A DNA stretch of 64,000 bases. It comes from Candidatus Bathyarchaeota archaeon (GTDB lineage Archaea; Thermoproteota; Bathyarchaeia; 40CM-2-53-6). The notes below the pieces were generated by a model. The model did no database searches. It was not told the DNA's origin and saw nothing but the letters and a program-made list of their open reading frames with translations. Shown here one piece after another: positions 21,501-30,218 of the stretch. How positions within the stretch are numbered: position 1 is the first letter of the stretch; each line of letters starts with the position of its first letter. Where the stretch lies: NCBI GenBank assembly GCA_963783645.1, contig CAWAOH010000016.1, forward strand, positions 11,782 to 75,781, in the 5' to 3' direction. A program made the translations under genes and the position numbers.

Positions 21501-23004
21501 GGCCAAGAACTTCTTCATCAGACCAATACAGCAGGAACCCACCGCACTACCTGGTAACCAGCAATATGATCTCAGAGCCTTCACATATGGCTACGTGCAG
21601 GACAAGGACTACTCAGTCTTCGTTCAACAAAGCCAGGTCGCGGACAACAAGATCAACTTGATAATCGGCACTAACGTGACTTTGGATATTCTGTTCAAGA
21701 AAGAGCACATTATCACACCAACCGACGGCAACATGTCCGCAAGAGTTCGACTCTTCGACGACTCGGGTAACTTGGTTGCTGAGTGGATGAGTAGTGAAGG
21801 CACCTACGCAACTGGCAACGGATTCGCACGAGCCGCGGATGGAACAACACAATACCCGTTCGGTGCGACGCACCCAAACGACCCGTTCCCATTACCACTC
21901 AACGCCTACAACTATCTGCCGGGCGGCGTGACTGAACTTCACGTCCTGATGGCGGGGCTACCGCAAGTGCCTCCGGACGGCCAAGAGAGCACGGACGGCA
22001 AACCCAAAGGCACGTACTTCGGTGATCCAGTCATTCCTGTTACGCGCTCGCAGTGTTCCTTCGAAGTGAACTGCTACAGGAATCCGGGCACGGGCTGGAA
22101 TGCTCCAGGATTCTTCCCGAACTCAGGTATCCTCGGTGCACCAGACTACCAAGGCGGATGGACCGCTGAAGTAGACTTCGTCAACTGGTACGCAAACAAC
22201 ACAGGTCCAGACTGCTTTAACGGAATTGGCGTCACAACCATCAGCCACCCCACTGGCGTATCATGTCCAACACCGACCGTACCCAGCACCGAAACCTACA
22301 ATCCAGCACTCGCCCCAGTACAACCATCATACACGCCATCTACTCCGTCCGTCACTATCAATGCCCCGGCAGGAGCAATGCCACCCTTCACGGTACTAGC
22401 ACAGCAGACACCGAACTACTTCCCACCAGTAAACGGTCTACTGATGGGTGAATCCTACCACATCATCCCAGGAACCACAGCCACCTCAGGCATCAGCCTA
22501 ACGGAAGACTTAGCCCTCTCAACCCCACCGGGTGTCGGTCACAGCATGGCACCGAACCATCTAGGTCCGTACTCGCAGGAAGGTGTCTGGCAGATCTCAA
22601 GTGCTCATAACAGCGGTGAGGCAAGCGCAATCTTCGAAGTCGACCTCAACGGATTAGTCACGGGTAATGCGTTGGCGTTCACTTGGAGTAACGAGTTCCG
22701 GCCATTAAGCTGGGGCTTAGTTAACGTAGTGGGCGCACAAGGCGGAGCCGGCTGGAACTTCTACACGTACGACGGAGTCTACCAAGCCTACCTACCACCC
22801 GGAACGTACCAGTTCACCATGTCCAGTCCAGGCTATGCGACTCAATCCTGGTCAGTAGCCGTATCAAGCGGTCAAACTGGCACAGGACAAAACCTGTACC
22901 TAGAACAATCCAACATTCCAGTACCAGAATTCAGCGGCCTAGCAATCGCAGCAGTATCCGCACTAGCAGCATCACTATACGTACTACGACGCAGACGCAA
23001 GTAA
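18511..23004 (+). CDS. 1497-aa secreted surface (S-layer-like) glycoprotein candidate with PEF-CTERM-like anchor
   Basis: GTG start preceded by GAAGGAG. Signal/anchor MTKKLAATFIVAIFLLSTVAILNPVSA. Two carboxypeptidase-regulatory-like beta-sandwich segments (GHYEVEGLAPGIYDLYASAAGY; GVYQAYLPPGTYQFTMSSPGYA) and many N-x-S/T sequons. C-terminal PEF + hydrophobic helix + RRRRK at 22924..23001. Confidence 0.7.
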   Translation: MTKKLAATFIVAIFLLSTVAILNPVSAHFTLGDLKGTYRYHANDFDPHVPGVIGYVWPGGGQSTWGGSPGFASVNNAPGYQSPYPGGKPAGAQGANQFGNAPSSSWYQLEGDTYAPFGAVLTGSTGDLIFAINATYGYTCSPRCRWGGLEILIPPAFTVPGPEQIVTSFTNDYSGVWVDKIGPYDRYAPGWTVITTWSDAGCSGIGAPTGTPCTSAFYNHQYIDFTSAGEWYYVRINGVTAPNVAGRYFFKVLLYGDNDILGKAASGEATTRFLPVENWPVMLVKGEIDPAIITGTIRYAGYNQTLYSKPVQEAGRVDAVMTTRLDPYTGIQRPDLPTIDGVAYFNATAAGHYEVEGLAPGIYDLYASAAGYPKTLIQAGVTILKGQSLHFDGYLQPGAVIHGNVFTKHQFGDEPWPLNSGPPGQTTNPNTYIKIELYDGVTLNHQPDPSALMVSWSPLPCVAGGQETYYGRRHAGLCGDPRLGDNVAFPWHEYVPWNGYFAGTGPTPPAYSFYQTSTGISNGAQFNKLTQDPEGVGPPQHWFVQGGTTNPFHFEFGVKGEYGAPRDLSGMVPQIFATWVNGLTPGRYSVRAWVFRYVQAALDGSTFQEYTFDVTPNEWAGDVTLPIDLRLSSWVNKTVHFHNVINGITEDPIDTGGGFMGGYLLDANGVVYSYNQSALGYLGRYSKGAGKGAWTLPGNAGDQTTTCYGGTSPNCGDDLDKAKLNAHAIETGRANIQFWGFNDTWGGENYGIPSGTYAPYVYVLGYIEQAPQELVSVTLSGTPTSISDHVYRGAGFNVTVYSIDWERPRVSRNWVWGQWGEGLTTNTAAAPGNVGTCTPYPLKVGNPAAPDSYCSGQQPYPWGAGWNQYKTNYPPWNSLGTPAAGTALGVGQEIDVGFYANGTLIDFLSDEAQASGPAAALASTIVTDNLYQNDTASWVEANGGGWNPLYLDPASQNYVPYFGNANHAFFGQELKRAGFVGGYGDGRFAFMKGKNLLAKNFFIRPIQQEPTALPGNQQYDLRAFTYGYVQDKDYSVFVQQSQVADNKINLIIGTNVTLDILFKKEHIITPTDGNMSARVRLFDDSGNLVAEWMSSEGTYATGNGFARAADGTTQYPFGATHPNDPFPLPLNAYNYLPGGVTELHVLMAGLPQVPPDGQESTDGKPKGTYFGDPVIPVTRSQCSFEVNCYRNPGTGWNAPGFFPNSGILGAPDYQGGWTAEVDFVNWYANNTGPDCFNGIGVTTISHPTGVSCPTPTVPSTETYNPALAPVQPSYTPSTPSVTINAPAGAMPPFTVLAQQTPNYFPPVNGLLMGESYHIIPGTTATSGISLTEDLALSTPPGVGHSMAPNHLGPYSQEGVWQISSAHNSGEASAIFEVDLNGLVTGNALAFTWSNEFRPLSWGLVNVVGAQGGAGWNFYTYDGVYQAYLPPGTYQFTMSSPGYATQSWSVAVSSGQTGTGQNLYLEQSNIPVPEFSGLAIAAVSALAASLYVLRRRRK

Positions 23005-23050
23005 GACAGCGGGGACGCTGCCCGAACGCGAAAGCGATCGTAGCCCCTCC

Positions 23051-23065
23051 TTCTTTTTCTTTTTA
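23051..23065 (+). terminator. T-rich tract downstream of the surface-protein gene (possible archaeal terminator)
   Basis: TTCTTTTTCTTTTTA, 47 nt after the stop codon. Confidence 0.3.
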
Positions 23066-23124
23066 TCAAAACCGGAACGAAAGTCCAGAATCTCTTTTCA
23101 CTCATTCCTCCAGGGATATTTTGT

Positions 23125-23184
23125 AGAAGAAAGATCCGCATGGAGTTTACTGGTGCACCATAAATCTACATGATTCGTATAGAA
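23125..23184 (+). repeat. 60-nt repeat, copy B
   Basis: AGAAGAAAGATCCGCATGGAGTTTACTGGTGCACCATAAATCTACATGATTCGTATAGAA, with 4 mismatches to copy A and in the same orientation. Confidence 0.8.
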
Positions 23185-23366
23185 TGTGGCTATGAATGTT
23201 CTCTTTGCTAGCACGATCGCGCCCAATATTCTAGACCGATTTCCTAACTTTGATACTCGATTTAGTTTGCACTATGAAGATTGTAGAATCCTGTACATCG
23301 TATAGATCACGACAACCGCGTAAATAGCACAGATCAAATCTAGATTAAATAAAGGAGGACAAAGGT

Positions 23367-23444
23367 ATGAAGAAAGAAAGCAAGTCTAGACGAACGATAG
23401 ACGAAGAACTCGACAATGACACATTTTTCTGGTTCCAAGAGTAA
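23367..23444 (+). CDS. Possible 25-aa small ORF (MKKESKSRRTIDEELDNDTFFWFQE)
   Basis: ATG preceded by GGAGG at 23354..23358, and a TACATCGTATAGA motif about 60 nt upstream. No homology support. Confidence 0.2.
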   Translation: MKKESKSRRTIDEELDNDTFFWFQE

Positions 23445-23653
23445 CTTGGTTTTCTCAGTTTAGTCGTGATTTTTCAGGGTGATGGAGCACTTGCTTTTAT
23501 CCGGCATGAAAGTGCCCCCGGTAATCTATGGGCTGTCCGTTATGTAGATGATAACTTACCTGCGATGCCTATAGGCGTTTTTTCAAGGTAGAAAATTGTA
23601 CTCTTATGTTATACCCATCACGGACTGGCCATCACTCATCAAATGGCAGTGTT

Positions 23654-24451
23654 ATGCGCTTGCGAATTGTGGTTTGCGTTAAACAAGTTCCGGACGTGGC
23701 GGAGATCAGAATTGACGAAATTAAGCATACTCTGATTCGTTCAGGAGTTCCCAGCATTCTAAATCCCTTTGACGAGTTCGCTGTGGAGGAGGCTCTGAAA
23801 ATACGAGAGAAGTTGGGGGGCGAGGTGGCGGTAATCAGTATGGGTCCGTTGCAGGCCAAAGAAACGCTATTCAAGTGCCTTGCGATGGGTGCAGATCGTG
23901 CGATTCTACTTTCGGATCCCAAATTTGCGGGAGCTGACACTTGGGCTACATCGAAAACGCTCGCGATGACGATTCAGAAGATTGGCTTCGATCTTGTTAT
24001 TTGCGGAATGAAAGCAGTGGATGGCGAAACATGTCAAGTCGGCCCAGAAATGGCCGAGCTTCTAGGAATTCCTCATGTATCGTATGTAAAGCGCCTCGAA
24101 ATCAACGAGGATGGCAAATCCCTAATTGCCGAAAGAATGACAGAACAGGGTCATCAACTAGTCAGCTGTTCAATTCCATGCCTTTTAACCGCAACGAAGG
24201 CTCTGAATGTGCCTCGCATACCCACTATAATCAGTCAACTGGCGGCAAAGAAGAAGACGATTGAAATCTTCACCGCGGAAAACATCGGCGCTCAGAAGGA
24301 GCAAGTCGGGCTGCCTGGGTCACGTACACATGTATTGAAAGTATTTACTCCGAACCTTAGAACGGGAGAGGGCAAGATAGTGCGTGCAGACGACAAGGAT
24401 GCAGTCGTCCAATTACTTGCGCTTCTGAAGAAGGAGAGAATCACCCAATGA
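23654..24451 (+). CDS. etfB: Electron transfer flavoprotein beta subunit
   Basis: MRLRIVVCVKQVPD start typical of EtfB. The track ORF starts at 23606. Overlaps etfA by 4 nt. Confidence 0.85.
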   Translation: MRLRIVVCVKQVPDVAEIRIDEIKHTLIRSGVPSILNPFDEFAVEEALKIREKLGGEVAVISMGPLQAKETLFKCLAMGADRAILLSDPKFAGADTWATSKTLAMTIQKIGFDLVICGMKAVDGETCQVGPEMAELLGIPHVSYVKRLEINEDGKSLIAERMTEQGHQLVSCSIPCLLTATKALNVPRIPTIISQLAAKKKTIEIFTAENIGAQKEQVGLPGSRTHVLKVFTPNLRTGEGKIVRADDKDAVVQLLALLKKERITQ

Positions 24452-25479
24452 GTCAGAGCGCGTCGAACGGCGTGTGGATAGTTGGCGAGCAAAAGGACGG
24501 TCAGATGGCCGCCGTCACATTGGAGCTTCTAACTACTGGAAGATGGATAGCAGACTCATTGAAGCAGCAATTGACTGTCGTCATGATAGGCAACGAGTTA
24601 GACGCTATGGTCGGAACACTGGCGGAATACGGTCCAAATAGAATAATTCTCGTTTCTGGAGAAGACGCAAATCAATTCGTTCCGGAGGTGTACTCTGAAT
24701 CGATCGCAGCATTAGTCGCGAAGACACCGCCTTCAGTTATGCTTTTTCCCGCAACATACGACGGTCGAGACCTCGCTGCAAGACTGGCCGCGAAGCTAGG
24801 AGTAGGACTGGCGGCTGATTGCACCGAAGTAAGCGTCGATGACCAAGGAAGATTCGTGCAGGTCCGACCAGCCTTCGGAGGAAACCTGATGGCAGTAATA
24901 CATCAACCCGTTGCAAGACCACAGCTCGCAACATTGAGACCCCACATAACAAAACCCGTGAAATCACAAACGAAAATCACACCAGTTATTGAGCATGCTA
25001 ATGTGGTCGGATTGCCAAAACTCTTCGACAAAAAAGTGCTGGAAACGGTAAGAGAGGTGGCTGAAGAATCCGGAAACCTGGATGAAGCAGAAGTGGTGAT
25101 AGGCGTTGGAAGAGGATTGGGGAGTCTCGAGAATCTCAAAATGGTCACTCGACTCGCGGTACTGCTCGATGCCGCTGTCGGCGGATCGAGAGGAGTCGTC
25201 GATGCAGGGTGGTTGCCCCATAGTCAACAGATCGGTCTAACTGGGCGTGTTATCTCTCCCAAGATGTACATGGCCTTGGGGATATCGGGCGCAGTACAGC
25301 ACTTGGTTGGCGTCAGAACTGCGAAGGAAATTGTTGCAATTAACATAGATCCAGAGGCGCCGATATTCAAAGTGGCAACCTATGGTATCGTAGGAGACTT
25401 GTTCTCTGTACTGCCAACCCTAATCAAGGGATTGGAGTCCCAAACGGAAGGAAAGGTGGTCCCACAAGCACGGACCTAG
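24448..25479 (+). CDS. etfA: Electron transfer flavoprotein alpha subunit
   Basis: 343 aa. C-terminal FAD-binding block PKMYMALGISGAVQHLVGV...IVAINIDPEAPIF. Confidence 0.85.
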   Translation: MSQSASNGVWIVGEQKDGQMAAVTLELLTTGRWIADSLKQQLTVVMIGNELDAMVGTLAEYGPNRIILVSGEDANQFVPEVYSESIAALVAKTPPSVMLFPATYDGRDLAARLAAKLGVGLAADCTEVSVDDQGRFVQVRPAFGGNLMAVIHQPVARPQLATLRPHITKPVKSQTKITPVIEHANVVGLPKLFDKKVLETVREVAEESGNLDEAEVVIGVGRGLGSLENLKMVTRLAVLLDAAVGGSRGVVDAGWLPHSQQIGLTGRVISPKMYMALGISGAVQHLVGVRTAKEIVAINIDPEAPIFKVATYGIVGDLFSVLPTLIKGLESQTEGKVVPQART

Positions 25480-25709
25480 CCAGAAACGTACCAACTTATC
25501 ACTTGCGCATGTTCCTGTTTAACTCGAAACTTGACTTCAAACTTGCTCAGGTGTCCTTCTGGATCTTCGAAGGTTCCGTTGACTGACACCAAATCCTTGG
25601 ACTGTGGCTCTACTCGCGCGTTTAATGCGGTTATCGAGCCCTTTTCCAATTTGCTCCTCAGAAGCTCGACCGCTTTTGTTTCGAGCGCATCTAACTCCAT
25701 AGCTACCAA
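25476..25709 (-). CDS. Hypothetical small protein (77 aa)
   Basis: ORF only; no recognisable motif. Confidence 0.3.
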   Translation of the reverse strand: MVAMELDALETKAVELLRSKLEKGSITALNARVEPQSKDLVSVNGTFEDPEGHLSKFEVKFRVKQEHAQVISWYVSG

Positions 25710-25784
25710 CCAATCTGAATGATGCGAAAAACGTCCTTAAGCTCCACGTCTCATTGTCGACGTAGGATATGAGCGAAAGTATTG

Positions 25785-27164
25785 CTATCTCGTGCCCTGT
25801 CTGCGCCAACGAGTGTACAAGACTAACGAGGATAGAGCGACCAATAATATCCCAATCCCCGCTACGGTCATTTCATTCGTGAATAGTGTTAGGTTGCTAG
25901 TCGAGGTAATTGCATGTGTTGCGGGCAAATTAGGACCTTGGATAGGTGCTGGATAGGATGAAACGTTATAATCCCCTGATTGGCCCAAAACTATGGGTGG
26001 GCGGGGTTGTGAGGTGAAGTCGAAGAATTCTGACAAGGTCTGCGACTGGGCCACGTTTTGGTTGAGATAGGGCAAGTTCCAATTATCCTCAATGAAGTGA
26101 AGGAGCGACATGTGATTCAGGGTTTGTTTTGACACGTAGTTTTCTCGAGAGTAAGGAGATATTACGAGAAGGGGGACTCTCTCACCGTAGCCATGGAGAA
26201 CATGGTCGAATCCATGATCAATTGTGAGAACTTGTGGAGGCGGAACATGATCATAATAGCCGCCTCCTTCATCCCAAGTTAGTAGGATTGCAGTTGAATT
26301 CCAATCGTTGCTTTGCATGATAGCGTTTACAACGGAAACCGTCCATAATTCCCCACGCGTAACGTTCGAAGGAGGGTGTTCGTCCATGTCGTCAGTTCCG
26401 AGGGACATGACGAAACTCACCGATGGTAATCCTCCGTTTGATAAATTTCCGAAGAAGTCTGATGTGTCTTGAATGTTCTTTGTGGTGCTTGAATTGAGGC
26501 CGGTGAGATAGATGAAGGGGTAGACAGAGGAGATTGGTCCGTAGGGCTTCAGGGTGTCGAAATATGTCCATGATATGTTCGCTGCGGACAACTGATTCAG
26601 GATGGTGTTAGCAAATGGAATGGATGGTGGCGGACCATAATTGTATGATACTGGTGAGTCTCCGGCAAACAAGATCAATCTGTTCGGAGTTGTTGTCGTC
26701 ATCGCAGGAGCAAAGTAGTTGTCTGCCAAACCGTATTCCTCCGCGTAAATCCAGTATGCGCTAATTTGATGATAGTCAAAGTAGCCCATGGATTGAGGGC
26801 CTGAGAATTGCGCAAAGCCATCCATCAAGCCGCCGCTGTAATCACTCTCGTAAGTCAGCTGACCCTCGATGGGGCTTGTAGTATTGTATCCATGCACAAG
26901 GTACGGCGACACACATCCAGCGTTGAGTCTAAGGCAAATTCCATTGGGCAGTCCATTGACCGGTTGCAGGCTCGACGTGATTTTGTTCACCAGCGTCCCA
27001 TTTGCTGTAGGATATGTTCCAAAATAATTGTCGAAGCTGTGATTCTCTTGCATAATTATCACGACGTGAGAGATCGGAGTCGATGCAGATCGATCAGCGA
27101 CGTTCACGCACGTGCAGTTTGAGAAAAAGAGAATCGACAGCAAAAAAATGACTGGCGCTTGCAA
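25785..27164 (-). CDS. Secreted phosphoesterase (phospholipase C / acid phosphatase AcpA family) with C-terminal TM anchor
   Basis: HVVIIMQENHSFDNYFGTYP signature, N-terminal hydrophobic leader, and C-terminal TVAGIGILLVALSSLVLY helix followed by a basic tail. Confidence 0.8.
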   Translation of the reverse strand: MQAPVIFLLSILFFSNCTCVNVADRSASTPISHVVIIMQENHSFDNYFGTYPTANGTLVNKITSSLQPVNGLPNGICLRLNAGCVSPYLVHGYNTTSPIEGQLTYESDYSGGLMDGFAQFSGPQSMGYFDYHQISAYWIYAEEYGLADNYFAPAMTTTTPNRLILFAGDSPVSYNYGPPPSIPFANTILNQLSAANISWTYFDTLKPYGPISSVYPFIYLTGLNSSTTKNIQDTSDFFGNLSNGGLPSVSFVMSLGTDDMDEHPPSNVTRGELWTVSVVNAIMQSNDWNSTAILLTWDEGGGYYDHVPPPQVLTIDHGFDHVLHGYGERVPLLVISPYSRENYVSKQTLNHMSLLHFIEDNWNLPYLNQNVAQSQTLSEFFDFTSQPRPPIVLGQSGDYNVSSYPAPIQGPNLPATHAITSTSNLTLFTNEMTVAGIGILLVALSSLVLYTRWRRQGTR

Positions 27165-27357
27165 CGGGGTGTCGATTCTGAGTGATCGGAGAGCCTACTT
27201 AAGCGTGGCTTGAGAGAACACGTGTGATGTACTATGTGACCAATTCGGCTACCCGCCATTGTTGTAGGGACAAGCAAATCGCAACTACGTCTAACATTTC
27301 CTGTTCAGCCGATATTTCAAATAATCGAATGCCCGTCATCAAGTCAGGCTGAATTAA

Positions 27358-27894
27358 GTGGATATTGGAAGCTTAACCTCTGACCTATCGATCCTTAGCT
27401 CCTTAGCAATAATCTTGGGCGCATTATTCGTCATTGTTCAACTTCGACAAAATAATAGGCTGATAGAAGCTGCCACTGAACAGGCGAAAGCAGCAGCAGT
27501 TCAAGCGAAGTTAACTACCGAGCAGATGAAACAGAATAACGACCTTGCCAATATGGACATGATCATGAGACTTTACGAATTTGCAAACACTGGGGAAGTT
27601 CAATCAGCTTGGCTCACGGTGTTGAATTCAAAGATCGACACCTTCGAAGATTTCTTGAAGCTACAGAAACAGGATCAAGTCTCTTTCTACCAAATCGGTG
27701 CTTTGTTCGAGTCTTTGGGTGTCCTCGTCGAAAGAGCGATTGTGAAACCAGATATCATCGAGGATATGTTCCTGACGGAACTTGCCTGGGAGTCTATGAA
27801 GGTATTCGTGTTGGGTATGCGCAAGCAACATGGCGAAGAAGAGAACTACTTGGCCTTCGAACGTTTGTACAACCGAGTGAGAAGCGTCAACTAA
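27358..27894 (+). CDS. Membrane-anchored hypothetical protein (possibly DUF4760-like)
   Basis: 178 aa with a single N-terminal TM (ILSSLAIILGALFVIVQL) followed by a helical domain. Confidence 0.4.
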   Translation: MDIGSLTSDLSILSSLAIILGALFVIVQLRQNNRLIEAATEQAKAAAVQAKLTTEQMKQNNDLANMDMIMRLYEFANTGEVQSAWLTVLNSKIDTFEDFLKLQKQDQVSFYQIGALFESLGVLVERAIVKPDIIEDMFLTELAWESMKVFVLGMRKQHGEEENYLAFERLYNRVRSVN

Positions 27895-27937
27895 CTCATC
27901 GAAGGTTCATGACTCAAACCGTTCACGCTCTGGAGCA

Positions 27938-28444
27938 GTGTCGAAACTGATTGATTTCCAACTTTATCTGAATGCCGTCATCTTATGGATACACCTGTTT
28001 GCCGCAGCATTTTTTGTCGGAGGATCGTTCTTCTTCTGGCTAGTTGTCATTCCAGCGTCCCGACTCATAACAACTGACGAGTCTGAAAGAACTCAAATGG
28101 TAGGCAAGATGGCAAAAGTATTCGGAAAAACAGTCACGCCGACACTCGTAGTCTTGGTTTTGACAGGAATCTACAACGCATTATGGTATCCCCCGACCAT
28201 TTCAGACCTTTTGAGATAGCCAGGCACGATTCTCCTAACAAAAATCATTCTTGTAGTCATTCTCTTAATCTTCATTTATGTTCATAACGTCTACTTTGGA
28301 AGACGGATTACCGCTCTCGCAAGAGAACGTAAAGTCGACGAGCTAAGAAAAATCAGGAAAACGAGCAGAGTAATATCAGCCGCCAATCTCATCCTCATGG
28401 CGATAATCCTGCTTCTAGCAGTGCTAATGCAAATGCCACCTTAG
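27938..28444 (+). pseudogene. CopD-like 4-TM membrane protein interrupted by in-frame TAG at 28217..28219
   Basis: Track ORF 27938..28219 has 2 TM helices. The same frame continues for 74 more codons (PGTILLTKIILVVILLIFIYVHNVYF...ISAANLILMAIILLLAVLMQMPP) with 2 further TM helices, ending at TAG 28442. Confidence 0.55.
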
Positions 28445-28458
28445 AGGTTTGAGTCTAA

Positions 28459-29094
28459 ATGCATGAGAAAATCGTTCTGCTGAGTGATTTTGACGGTACC
28501 GTTACTGACATCGATACTGGCGCCTATGTGTTGAGCAAGTTTGCTAATGGTGACTGGCAAGAGTTGGACAATCAGCTTACACGTGGCGAAATAACCTTTG
28601 AAGAATGTCTACGGGAGCAATTCGGAATGATTAATCATCCCAAGGACGAGATCCTCAAAATGGTGGAAACAGCGGTCGCAGTAAGACGTTACTTTGGCGA
28701 CGTCGTTACCTGTTGCAAGGAAAAGGGTATCGAATTGAAACTAGTGAGCGGTGGTTTAGACTTCTGCATTAAACATATCCTCGAGAGAAACAATCTGGAT
28801 GTTGACTTCATAGCTCCCAAGACCACGTTTGGTGTCAGCGGAATCACGCTTGAGTTTCCTAGCATTACTGATACGACCTCATTCAACTTCAAGGACGACA
28901 TCGTACGGAGATATCAGCGAGAAGGCTACAATGTGGTGTATGTGGGAGACGGCTACGGAGACTACTATGCAATTAAGCAAGCTAACTTACGATTCGCGGT
29001 GAAAGACTCGGTATCGGCAGGATTGTGTCATGCAAACAATGTCACGTTCCACGAAATAACCGATTTTGAACCAGTCCTCCAGCTCGTTAGGTGA
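28459..29094 (+). CDS. HAD-superfamily phosphatase (MtnX / phosphoserine-phosphatase-like subfamily IB)
   Basis: LLSDFDGTVTD (DxDxT), SGGLDFCI, VGDGYGD. Confidence 0.65.
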   Translation: MHEKIVLLSDFDGTVTDIDTGAYVLSKFANGDWQELDNQLTRGEITFEECLREQFGMINHPKDEILKMVETAVAVRRYFGDVVTCCKEKGIELKLVSGGLDFCIKHILERNNLDVDFIAPKTTFGVSGITLEFPSITDTTSFNFKDDIVRRYQREGYNVVYVGDGYGDYYAIKQANLRFAVKDSVSAGLCHANNVTFHEITDFEPVLQLVR

Positions 29095-29260
29095 GAACGG
29101 TCGGAATATGTATAAAATTCGTTTTCGAGCTCCCGGTCCTCAGATTGTCTCACAGATTGGAGCTGCCTAACGACTGGGGGAGAGCGGTCGCCGATACGTG
29201 CAAGAGAGAAATAGGCGAATACCAAGTCATTTCATCGTCAACTCGGATGGGCTGTGCGGG

Positions 29261-29573
29261 ATGCTTCGGGTCACGTTTCAGTATTGCGATGACTGCCCTT
29301 CACATGAACAAGCATTGACTCGGTTACGAAAAGTCCTGAGCGAAGAAAGAATCGCTGCCGAGATCAAGATTATCCAGATTGAAACTGATGAGCAAGCCAG
29401 ACGTTTACGTTTTATAGGGTCACCAACGATTCTACTGAATGATGTGGATGTTGACCCACCGATCACCAATCACTACGCGGTTGGCTTGCCGAGCCTACCG
29501 ACTCGAGGATGGGAGGATCTCGCCTCTTCCGTCCGAGGAAATGATTCGACGTGCTATTCGGAGAGAATCTTAA
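29261..29573 (+). CDS. Thioredoxin-fold DUF2703-like protein, frameshifted as assembled (+1 near 29478)
   Basis: MLRVTFQYCDDCPSHEQAL...RFIGSPTILLNDVDV. The expected tail LACRAYRLEDGRISPLPSEEMIRRAIRRES is in the +1 frame and ends at TAA 29571. Confidence 0.55.
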
Positions 29574-29610
29574 AAGTAACTCGCGCCGTTGACTGCAAAC
29601 GGTGGAGTAA

Positions 29611-30141
29611 GTGACAACCGTGAAGATAGGCGACAGGGCCCTGGACTTTAGCCTCACTGGAACTGACGATAAAACTCATTCACTGAACGATTATGGAAGC
29701 AAGTACATCGCGGTGATCTTCAGCTGCAACCATTGCCCTTACGTGCGCGCATGGGAAGACCGCATGGTCAAAATTCAGGCCGATTATGCGAGTAAGGGTG
29801 TACAACTGATCGGAATAAACGCGAATGATGCGTCGAAATACCCTGATGATAGCTTTCAAAATATGAAGCTGCGAGCTCGCGAGAAGAAGTTCAACTTTCC
29901 CTATCTCCGCGATGAGGATCAAAAAGTGGCGAAGTCATATGGTGCTGAACGGACACCGGAAGTATTCTTGTTTGACAAAAACAGAATGTTACAATATCAT
30001 GGGGCTATCGATGACAATTACGATGACCCCAGCGCAGTCAAAGTCCACTACCTGCGCAATGCACTGGAGGCGCTCACGAATGGGACCAAGGTCCCCATTC
30101 CGGAAACAGCTCCTGTCGGTTGCAGTGTCAAGTGGAAATAG
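29611..30141 (+). CDS. Thioredoxin-like / AhpC-TSA family redox protein
   Basis: 176 aa, FSCNHCPYV redox motif, ERTPEVFLFD. Confidence 0.75.
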   Translation: MTTVKIGDRALDFSLTGTDDKTHSLNDYGSKYIAVIFSCNHCPYVRAWEDRMVKIQADYASKGVQLIGINANDASKYPDDSFQNMKLRAREKKFNFPYLRDEDQKVAKSYGAERTPEVFLFDKNRMLQYHGAIDDNYDDPSAVKVHYLRNALEALTNGTKVPIPETAPVGCSVKWK

Positions 30142-30218
30142 CTAACTTCCCAGTCGTCTTACAACTCTAGCGCTTGTAAACTCTTGCTGGATTACTTCAT
30201 CTAGCTGCATCATTTCCA

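Noticed and set aside
28217-28219. In-frame TAG codons in the CopD-like gene (28217) and in aEF-2 (55074..55072) as evidence for TAG reassignment, pyrrolysine or read-through
   Set aside because: TAG plainly terminates several well-defined genes here (nitrilase-family 3359..3361, purB 34114..34116, moaB 41965..41967). No pyl genes are seen. The aEF-2 TAG also sits inside a 27-nt insert that is absent from the conserved protein alignment.
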